Origin: Syntrophaceae bacterium UBA4054
Lineage (GTDB): Bacteria > Desulfobacterota > Syntrophia > Syntrophales > UBA4778
Direction of reading: 5' to 3'
Length of the DNA stretch: 64,000 nt
Assembly (NCBI GenBank): GCA_002383495.1
Contig: DFZO01000050.1
Coordinates: forward strand, 19,397 to 83,396
Shown here: one piece after another, positions 57,075 to 64,000 of the stretch
Layout: every line of letters begins with the position of its first letter
Numbering within the stretch: the first letter of the stretch is position 1
Program-made: the position numbers and the translations under genes
The notes under the pieces: generated by a model
Databases searched by the model: none
Seen by the model: the letters and a program-made list of their open reading frames with translations, nothing else
What the model was told of the DNA's origin: nothing

Positions 57075-57716
57075 GTGAAGCGGAGTCGTTTGAAATACGC
57101 AGGCGCGAGGATTGTTTTTTTCATGACCATCGGGCTGCTTATTCTTGGCCTTTCCTTCCCCCTCCTTTCTTCAGCCGACATATACAAATTCGTTGATGAG
57201 GAAGGGGTCACCCACATCACCAATGTCCCGACGGATGCGAGGTACAGGCTCTGGTGGAAGGAGGCGACACCCGCGCAGCGGAGAGCGCTTCTCAAGTCGC
57301 CGCCCTACGAGTCGATGATCCTCGATGCCTCAAGGAAGCACAACGTGGAATCGGATCTGATCAAGGCGGTCATCAAGGCCGAATCCGATTTCAACCACCG
57401 GGCCGTTTCCAGGAAGGGGGCGAAAGGACTCATGCAGCTCATGCCGAAGACCGCCGACCGCTTCCAGGTGAACAGCTCCTTCGACCCCTGGAGCAATATT
57501 GAAGGGGGCGTCCGCTATCTGCGTCATCTTCTTGATCTTTTCAATGGTGACCTGACCCTGGCCCTTGCCGCCTACAATGCCGGCGAAGGGGCCGTGGCCA
57601 AATACAATAACCGGGTCCCTCCCTATCAGGAGACCCAGACCTACATCCAGAGGGTTTTACGTTACCTCAAAAAATATCGCAGCGAACCGGGTAGAGCTGT
57701 CCGGGCGTCCTACTGA
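57075..57716 (+). CDS. Lytic transglycosylase (SLT) with N-terminal DUF4124-like domain
   Basis: ADIYKFVDEEGVTHITN; IKAESDF, GAKGLMQLMP, ALAAYNAG. Confidence 0.92.
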   Translation: MKRSRLKYAGARIVFFMTIGLLILGLSFPLLSSADIYKFVDEEGVTHITNVPTDARYRLWWKEATPAQRRALLKSPPYESMILDASRKHNVESDLIKAVIKAESDFNHRAVSRKGAKGLMQLMPKTADRFQVNSSFDPWSNIEGGVRYLRHLLDLFNGDLTLALAAYNAGEGAVAKYNNRVPPYQETQTYIQRVLRYLKKYRSEPGRAVRASY

Positions 57717-57862
57717 GGTATCGGTTCGCCTCTGGAAAGATCACGAAATCCCTTTTCAAATCAGACATCCACGAGAAAATTTCGGGAAACTCTGCGAGGT
57801 GACGGGATCTTATCTCACGTGGAAGCATGAAAAAGAGTACACTTACTGATGGAGGGTGACCG

Positions 57863-58300
57863 ATGCAGGACGAGGACAAGAAAGAAAAAAGTTTTGTCGT
57901 GAAGGATCGGCGGAAATTCACGGAGACAGGCGAAAGCCGTGAGGATGAGGTCGGTAAGCCGGAAGAGACAAAAACAGGGGAGCCTGTCAAGGAGGGAGAG
58001 GAGACAGCGGAACAGAAGAGCGGGGACAAGGCGGCGGAAGAGGCCTACATGCCGGAGATGAACTTCGCCAGTTTCATATTCTCGCTCAGCACCTCCGCCA
58101 TGTATCATTTCGGCGATTTCCCGGACCCCGTCTCAAAGAAGGCGCAAAGAAACCTTGCAGCAGCCAGGCAGACGATCGACATCATCGCCATGCTGAGAGA
58201 GAAAACGGAAGGCAATCTCGACTCCGACGAAAAGAACCTGATCGACACAATTCTTTTCGAGCTCCGGATGCGGTATGTTAAAGAAAAGGATAAGGGATGA
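57863..58300 (+). CDS. DUF1844-family protein
   Basis: ARQTIDIIAMLREKTEGNL...LFELRMRYV. Confidence 0.8.
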   Translation: MQDEDKKEKSFVVKDRRKFTETGESREDEVGKPEETKTGEPVKEGEETAEQKSGDKAAEEAYMPEMNFASFIFSLSTSAMYHFGDFPDPVSKKAQRNLAAARQTIDIIAMLREKTEGNLDSDEKNLIDTILFELRMRYVKEKDKG

Positions 58301-59130
58301 TCAGGCAATCCCCCGCGAAGGTTAATCTTTTCCTGAAAGTGCTTGGAAGGCGGGAGGACGGCTATCACGATATTGCCACCCTCATGCAGCGGATCAGCCT
58401 TTACGATGATCTGGATATTTCCCTTGAGGGAGAGAATATCCGCGTGAGGTGCCCGGGGAGTTCTCTGCCGGAAAACGGGGAGAACATTGTTTACAGGGCG
58501 GCAGAGGTTTTTCTGACGAGGGCCCGCTGCAGCCGGGGGGTTGAAATCACCCTTCGAAAGAGGATTCCCATTGCTTCCGGGCTCGGGGGAGGAAGCTCGA
58601 ACGCGGCAACAACGCTCGTGACCCTGAATGAATTGCTGGGAAAACCTTTCAGCGACGGGGAATTGATGAAAATGGGAGCGGAGATCGGGGCGGACGTCCC
58701 TTTTTTCATTTTTGGAAAGACCGCCTGGGCTTTCGGCATAGGAGATCAGCTTCAGGAGGCGGAAGGAGTTCCGGATCTGTGGTTTGTTCTTTTGAATCCC
58801 GGGTTCGGTATTTCCACTAAAATGGTCTACGAAAACCTCAATTTGGGATTGACAAAAGAGGGAATTAGGTTTAGCATCCAAAACTTTCTTACGGCAGGGG
58901 ACATGGCAAGAGGGCTTCAAAACGATCTCGAAAAGGTTGCCTTTCGTCTGCAGCCCCTTCTCATTGATTTGAAAAGGATTTTGGTGGACCACGGTGCGCT
59001 CGGTTCTCTCATGTCGGGGAGCGGGGCAACCGTATTCGGCATTTTTGCTGAAGAACAAGATGCCCTGAGAGCCGGAGAAGCGCTGAAACAGGCCGGAAAG
59101 TGGTCCGTATTTACGGCTCATTCGCTGTAG
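58297..59130 (+). CDS. ispE: 4-diphosphocytidyl-2-C-methyl-D-erythritol kinase
   Basis: PAKVNLFL, GYHDI, GLGGGSSNAA, GADVPFF, LMSGSG. Confidence 0.95.
   Translation: MIRQSPAKVNLFLKVLGRREDGYHDIATLMQRISLYDDLDISLEGENIRVRCPGSSLPENGENIVYRAAEVFLTRARCSRGVEITLRKRIPIASGLGGGSSNAATTLVTLNELLGKPFSDGELMKMGAEIGADVPFFIFGKTAWAFGIGDQLQEAEGVPDLWFVLLNPGFGISTKMVYENLNLGLTKEGIRFSIQNFLTAGDMARGLQNDLEKVAFRLQPLLIDLKRILVDHGALGSLMSGSGATVFGIFAEEQDALRAGEALKQAGKWSVFTAHSL
58849..58877 (+). promoter_or_regulatory. Internal sigma70 promoter within ispE
   Basis: TTGACA-N17-TAGCAT in an AT-richer patch of the CDS, pointing at tRNA-Gln-prs-rplY. Confidence 0.6.
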
Positions 59131-59183
59131 TTCAGCCCGTTCTCCTTGATCGTTCAGGTGTGCCGGGTCAACGCAGGAGATAT

Positions 59184-59258
59184 TGGGGCGTCGTCAAGCG
59201 GTAAGACACAAGATTTTGGTTCTTGCATCCGGAGGTTCGAATCCTCCCGCCCCAGCCA
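59184..59258 (+). tRNA. tRNA-Gln(TTG)
   Basis: TGGGGCG/CGCCCCA acceptor stem, anticodon arm CAAGA-TTTTGGT-TCTTG, GGTTCGAATCC, CCA; conserved ispE-tRNA-Gln-prs context. Confidence 0.95.
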
Positions 59259-59347
59259 TCATTGAAACATGACAGGGAAGGCGAAGCACATCTTTTTTAA
59301 TTGATTTAAACTTTTTCCGTCAATGGACGACTTCCGAGGATAATGAG

Positions 59348-60289
59348 ATGCTAGAGAGAATAAGAATCTTTTCCGGCAATTCCAATATAAATCTTGCGCA
59401 AAAGATCTGCAAGAACCTGGGGGTGCCGCTTGGCAAGGCAAATGTGGCCACCTTCAGTGACGGCGAGACCCGGGTCGAGATCAACGAAAACGTGAGGGGC
59501 ATGGACGTTTTCATTATCCAGTCCACCTGTCCACCCGTGAACAACAACTGCATGGAACTGCTGATCATGATCGACGCCATGAAGAGGGCTTCGGCGGACC
59601 GGATCACGGCGGTCATCCCGTATTACGGCTATGCCCGGCAGGACAGAAAGGTGGCGCCGAGAGCGCCCATCACGGCGAAACTCATCGCGGATCTCATCAC
59701 GACCGCAGGGGCGAACCGGGTTCTTTCCATCGATCTTCATGCGGGACAGATCCAGGGGTTCTTCAATATCCCCGTGGATAACCTTTTCGCTACCCCCGTC
59801 CTCCTCGATTATATGAGAACGAAGTTTATGGAGAACACGGTGATCGTGTCCCCCGATACGGGAGGCGTGGAAAGGGCAAGAGCCATCGGAAAGCGGCTCG
59901 ACGCGAACCTGGCAATTATCGACAAGAGGCGGGAAGGGCCGAATGAGTCGGAGGTCATGAATATCATCGGGGACGTGAAAGGGAAGCGGGTCATCATCCT
60001 TGATGACATGATCGATACGGCGGGAACCGTGGTCAACGCGGCGACGGGCCTGGAGAAAGAAGGCGCCAAGGAGGTATCCGTCTGCTGCACCCACGCGGTG
60101 CTTTCGGGGCCGGCCATTGAGAGGATTGAGAAATCAAGCATCAAAGAGCTCATTGTCACGGATACCATCCCCCTGCATGACGGAGCGACCAAGTGCAAAC
60201 GGATAAAGATTCTTTCGGTCGCCGGCCTTTTGAGCGAGGCGGTGAGAAGGATTTACTATAACGACTCAGTGAGCTCATTATTTGTTTAG
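59348..60289 (+). CDS. prs: Ribose-phosphate pyrophosphokinase
   Basis: [43 protein letters not shown]. Confidence 0.97.
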   Translation: MLERIRIFSGNSNINLAQKICKNLGVPLGKANVATFSDGETRVEINENVRGMDVFIIQSTCPPVNNNCMELLIMIDAMKRASADRITAVIPYYGYARQDRKVAPRAPITAKLIADLITTAGANRVLSIDLHAGQIQGFFNIPVDNLFATPVLLDYMRTKFMENTVIVSPDTGGVERARAIGKRLDANLAIIDKRREGPNESEVMNIIGDVKGKRVIILDDMIDTAGTVVNAATGLEKEGAKEVSVCCTHAVLSGPAIERIEKSSIKELIVTDTIPLHDGATKCKRIKILSVAGLLSEAVRRIYYNDSVSSLFV

Positions 60290-60290
60290 C

Positions 60291-60472
60291 GGGCTGTTGA
60301 AAAACGCCCATCTGCGGTGTTGCGCTGCGCCCCTCCCTTCGACAGGCTCAGGGCAGGCTTACAAGTTGTCATGGTGAGCGATGTCACGGTGAGCTTGTCG
60401 AACTGCGAACCATGCGCCTTGCATCTGAACGTTTTTGAACAGCCTGATGAAAAATGTGTTTTTCAAAACCCT
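60291..60472. mobile_element. MITE-like element, copy 2
   Basis: GGGCTGTTGAAAAACGCCCATCTGCGG...GTTTTTCAAAACCCT; reverse-complement homologue of 41203-41346, about 38 bp longer. Confidence 0.8.
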
Positions 60473-60486
60473 TTTAGGAGGCAGGA

Positions 60487-61137
60487 ATGGAAACCATGGA
60501 ATTAAAAGCCCTCATCCGGCAGGGATCGGGGAAAGGGCCTGCGAGGAGATTACGTTCAGCCGGGATGATACCGGCTGTTTTCTACGGCTCGGGAGCGGAA
60601 GCGGTTTCCCTGTCCGTCGGTGCCCGCGATATGCTGAAGTTGCTGAGAGAGAGGGAAGAAAGCCTCTTTGTAAAGCTGAAGATAGATGAAGGCGGAAAGG
60701 AAGCGGAGCATCTTTCCATGATAAAGGAAATTCAGGTGAGTCCCACGGGCGATGGGATCCTTCATGTGGATTTTTATGAGATCAGGATGGATCATGAACT
60801 CACGATAGACGTCCCCATCCATCTTGTCGGACAACCGGTGGGCCTGATCGATGGCGGAGAGTTGTATCACCTGAAGCGGGAACTGAAGATATCGGGCCTT
60901 CCATCATTGCTGCCGGAATATGTGGAAGTGGATGTGAGCGGACTCAAGATCGGCGATTCCGTCAAGGTCGGCGATATTCCCCTTGTGAAGGGGATAGAAG
61001 CCCTTGATGCCGCCGATATCGCCATCGCGTCCGTCGCGGCCACGAGAGCGGCAGAGGTGGTTGAGGAGGCCGCTGAGGAAGCCGCCGCCTCCGAACCGGA
61101 GGTTGTTGGAAAGAAGGCGGAGGAGGGGGAAGCATAG
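60487..61137 (+). CDS. rplY: 50S ribosomal protein L25/TL5 (long CTC form)
   Basis: ARRLRSAGMIPAVFYG, HVDFYE, PEYVEVDVSGLKIGDSV. Confidence 0.95.
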   Translation: METMELKALIRQGSGKGPARRLRSAGMIPAVFYGSGAEAVSLSVGARDMLKLLREREESLFVKLKIDEGGKEAEHLSMIKEIQVSPTGDGILHVDFYEIRMDHELTIDVPIHLVGQPVGLIDGGELYHLKRELKISGLPSLLPEYVEVDVSGLKIGDSVKVGDIPLVKGIEALDAADIAIASVAATRAAEVVEEAAEEAAASEPEVVGKKAEEGEA

Positions 61138-61193
61138 TATCACCTTCCGAAAATGGAGAAGTCTTGATGAAAAGCGAATGGACCTGAAAGATG

Positions 61194-61228
61194 AAGCCCC
61201 GTTTCTCACGGCGAGAACGGGGCTTTTT
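61194..61228 (+). terminator. Intrinsic terminator between rplY and pth
   Basis: aagccccgtttctc-loop-gagaacggggcttttt. Confidence 0.8.
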
Positions 61229-61252
61229 ATTGACCCCTTGGACCCTCGCATC

Positions 61253-61852
61253 ATGAAACTCATCGTTGGACTGGGAAATCCCGGAGATCGTTACCGGTTC
61301 ACAAGGCACAACATGGGCTGTCTCGTCTTGGATGAGCTGGCCGACGAACACGGCATTTCCGTGCGCCGCAAAAAATTCGATGCCGATTTTGGAGAGGGAG
61401 TCATTGCCGGTGTGCCGGTCATGCTGGCCAAGCCGCGGACCTACATGAACCTCAGCGGCACCGCGGTGATGAGGCTTTCCGGTTTTTTCAAAATCGACCT
61501 GACCGATATCATTGTCGTTCATGACGACCTTGACCTTGCCTTCGGAAGCGTCAGGGTCAAGGATGGGGGAGGCCCAGGCGGTCACAAGGGGATGATATCC
61601 GTGATCCAACATCTGGGTGCGCGCGAATTCATCAGGGTGAGGCTGGGAATCGGGAAGCCACTTCTGAAAGCCATGGTTGAAGATTACGTCCTGCAGCTTT
61701 TCAGCCGGGACGAGATGGAAGCGCTCCCTGATATTTTGCGCCGGGCAGCAGATGCTGTCGTTGAGATTCTGACCTCCGGTTCCCAGGCGGCCATGTGCAG
61801 ATTCAACGCGAGAAGGGCCAAGGGAGAAAACAGGGAGGAGGATCCTTGTTGA
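61253..61852 (+). CDS. pth: Peptidyl-tRNA hydrolase
   Basis: MKLIVGLGNPG, TRHNMG, PRTYMNLSG, VHDDLD, GGHKG. Confidence 0.96.
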   Translation: MKLIVGLGNPGDRYRFTRHNMGCLVLDELADEHGISVRRKKFDADFGEGVIAGVPVMLAKPRTYMNLSGTAVMRLSGFFKIDLTDIIVVHDDLDLAFGSVRVKDGGGPGGHKGMISVIQHLGAREFIRVRLGIGKPLLKAMVEDYVLQLFSRDEMEALPDILRRAADAVVEILTSGSQAAMCRFNARRAKGENREEDPC

Positions 61853-63384
61853 ACATAGAGATAGCCGGTTACGCCGCCCTTCCGGGTTTTCTCGCCCTCG
61901 TTGCTGCCGTTCTCATCGTACCCGATATCCGCCGGTCGATCGACTTGAGCCTCCCGATTTTTTCGAGGGATATCTTCAAAACGTCGGCGTTGATGATATC
62001 CTGCCTTTTCCTGTTGATCCTCATTTTTCTTGAGCCGGGATTCTCGTCGGTCGCTTTCCTGGCAGGAATTCTCTCCACTGTTCTGTTCCTCATTTTCTCC
62101 CTTGCCCTGTTCAAATCTGCCGACGCCCGTTCGTCTGACAGAGAAGAGCGCTTTCAAGGATGGAGCCTCGGTCTTGCCGCTCCCGGACTTGCCCTTGCGG
62201 CGATCGGCATCTATCTCGCGATTTTCGCCTGGGAAGACGTTTCGATCCTGAACGCCTATGCCTTCGGCGCGACCTGTGCCCTTGTCCCCATCACCCTCGG
62301 CGGAGTTCAGGTAAAAGAAGGAGATGCGGTTCTGAAGCCAGCGGTTCCTGCCGCGGATTTCTATGTTTCCTCGCTCTGCATTCTTGCGGCCGCCATGACC
62401 ATGGGAGCCGCCATGATGGAATCTAAGCGGGTCTGGATCGGAATGCCGGTTCTTTTTGTCATGGCGGGGCTGGCGGTTTTTCTCGCTGCGGCCGTGGTGA
62501 TGCGGGTTGTGCCCCGTGGACGTCCGTGGTTTTCTCGCGGCATTGCGTATCTCTCTGCCCTTTCGGTCGTGATCGTTTCCTATCTCATCCCCGGAGAACT
62601 GACTCGAAAAATATCGTCGGATACGATCGCCGGACTGGGAATGCTCGACCGCATGGGGCCCTATTGGGCTTCCATAACAGGGGTTCTGACAGGCGCTCTC
62701 CTGACCCTCCTGACCCGTTATGCCACGGCTCAATCAGAGCGCGGCCATAGGAATCTGACTTTCGGCTTTTCCCTTTACTTTGTCGCCGCCTGTGTCTGGA
62801 TATCCTATCTCTTTGCCGATTTGTACGGCATTGCCTTTGCGGGGATGGGGCTGCTTGGTGCGGTGTGTCTGCCTGCAAGTCGACAGATGATCCGGTCCGT
62901 GAAAAGAAATTCAGGAAGCGGAAGTGGCTTTCAACTTGGCGCGTCGGCCTTTTCAACCCTTGCCGTTGTTGCCGCCTGTCTCATGTGGGTCAGTGAAACG
63001 GCAGACTTTGAAGACGGATTTCCTGGATTCGCCGGGGCGGCGGTCCTTGCGGGACTGGTGCCCGGAGTGGGGATAGCTTATGTCATGAGATCCTTCGTGA
63101 AAAAGGTATCGAGGGGAACGCCGGAGGGCACTGAAATCCATTTTCCTTTCATGAGTCCCGATCTCTCCTCCTGTCTTGTGTTTATCTTCATTCCCGTTTT
63201 GATCGGTCTGGTCGCCGGCCCGGAAGTGCTGGGCGGTTTTTTGGCCGGAATGGCTCTGGCGGGGATTTATGCGGTCTTCAGGCTGGACAAAGAGGGCGAG
63301 TCGGAAGATGCGGGACGCCTCAACGGCCTCGTGAAGCTCGCCGCCCTGGCGGCGCTGTTGACAGTGCCTCTCATGATTCTCTAA
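61849..63384 (+). CDS. Membrane pyrophosphatase (HppA)-like polytopic protein lacking all catalytic motifs
   Basis: Helices match mPPase by eye (AFLAG, WISYLFADLYGIA, GSGFQLGASA, GPEVLGGFLAG, LNGLVKL), but no DVGADLVGKVE, DNVGDNVGD, DNAGG, DNAKK or GDTVGD. TTG after GGAGGAG overlaps the pth stop. Confidence 0.75.
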   Translation: MNIEIAGYAALPGFLALVAAVLIVPDIRRSIDLSLPIFSRDIFKTSALMISCLFLLILIFLEPGFSSVAFLAGILSTVLFLIFSLALFKSADARSSDREERFQGWSLGLAAPGLALAAIGIYLAIFAWEDVSILNAYAFGATCALVPITLGGVQVKEGDAVLKPAVPAADFYVSSLCILAAAMTMGAAMMESKRVWIGMPVLFVMAGLAVFLAAAVVMRVVPRGRPWFSRGIAYLSALSVVIVSYLIPGELTRKISSDTIAGLGMLDRMGPYWASITGVLTGALLTLLTRYATAQSERGHRNLTFGFSLYFVAACVWISYLFADLYGIAFAGMGLLGAVCLPASRQMIRSVKRNSGSGSGFQLGASAFSTLAVVAACLMWVSETADFEDGFPGFAGAAVLAGLVPGVGIAYVMRSFVKKVSRGTPEGTEIHFPFMSPDLSSCLVFIFIPVLIGLVAGPEVLGGFLAGMALAGIYAVFRLDKEGESEDAGRLNGLVKLAALAALLTVPLMIL

Positions 63385-63465
63385 TCGGTTCAAAGGTAAT
63401 TGGTCTGTTGCCCAAATGTTTCTGGGATGCATTATTCTCAGGGACAGGTCTCTTCCGGGCTCAGG

Positions 63466-63615
63466 ATCTTTTTATCGACCGTTCTAAATCTCGCTTCACT
63501 GCAAATGCAAAACTCGTCCGCAAGAGGCGGACTCAGACAGTTGCATTTGCGGGCGTGGAATTTATCCTGAGCCTGTCGAAGGGCTGCGATAAGAACGGTA
63601 ACCCGAAAAAAAGAT
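63466..63615. repeat. Nested imperfect palindrome / REP-MITE-like element
   Basis: GCAAATGCAA...TTGCATTTGC arms (63501-63550) around GTCCGC/GCGGAC; outer ATCTTTTT...ACCGTTCT arms; TCCTGAGCCTGTCGAAGGG (63565-63583) is shared with the MITE interiors. Confidence 0.55.
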
Positions 63616-64000
63616 ATTCACCCGTTCAGAATCCTGCCTCCTTCGAATAGGATTGGATGTGCTATGCGCTACTTGAGGAACCGACCGTAAAGTCCCAACC
63701 TTTGTTTGAGGTAAGGAACATCATCCGATCAAGTCATTACTTGATGAGCGCTTTCACCATTCATTTTTCATGACCAACCTTTAATTGAAAGTCAAGATTA
63801 CGAAAAAATGAGTAACGCTGAATCTGAGCGGTTATCGAAACGCCTTGTTATAGGCTGGAAAACTAACTGCGTAGCTGGTATAATTTTTGGAAATCTCAAA
63901 AGGGCAGAACTCTCATTCTGAATGTGGTACGTGCTCTGGGTCAGGTTACTTGCCTACGTAAAAGACAAATACTGCCTTGTCGATTCCGCAAGCACCATGG

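Noticed and set aside
61684-62733. 349-aa minus-strand ORF as the real gene after pth
   Set aside because: It is a low-complexity, charged translation typical of the antisense of a hydrophobic gene. The plus frame has an RBS, stop/start coupling and mPPase-like helices.

Overview
This is an anaerobic Desulfobacterota (deltaproteobacterial) chromosome segment, most consistent with a syntrophic fatty-acid oxidiser of the Syntrophales; the taxonomy is inferred from gene content and order only. Left to right it holds: smc (cut by the window edge); two tandem butyryl-CoA:acetate CoA-transferase-like genes; a SatP-type acetate channel; a TetR-led beta-oxidation operon (fadE-fadN-fadA); a DRTGG/kinase/PHP module followed by a NuoE / Trx-ferredoxin / NuoF-GltD fusion / selenocysteine formate dehydrogenase operon; an FNT formate channel with two small membrane partners; hisC; AI-2E and CLC transporters; a trehalose/osmostress cluster; amidase, metF and tRNA-Arg; a fabH-acp-phaC-fabD operon; and a housekeeping block (rpsF-rpsR-DUF2232-rplI-dnaB, rpoH/clpB/htpX, ispE-tRNA-Gln-prs-rplY-pth). 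Best candidates for new biology: (1) an intact 511-aa membrane-pyrophosphatase homologue after pth that keeps its transmembrane scaffold but lacks every catalytic loop; (2) a PHA synthase embedded in a dedicated ACP/FabD/NphT7-like FabH operon with no phaA/phaB; (3) a trehalose-6-phosphate synthase fused to a transmembrane sensor domain; (4) a formate dehydrogenase whose flavin subunit carries both an NADH and an NADPH module, preceded by a kinase module that lacks its usual hydrogenase-like partner. All homology calls are by-eye motif recognition; no searches were run.
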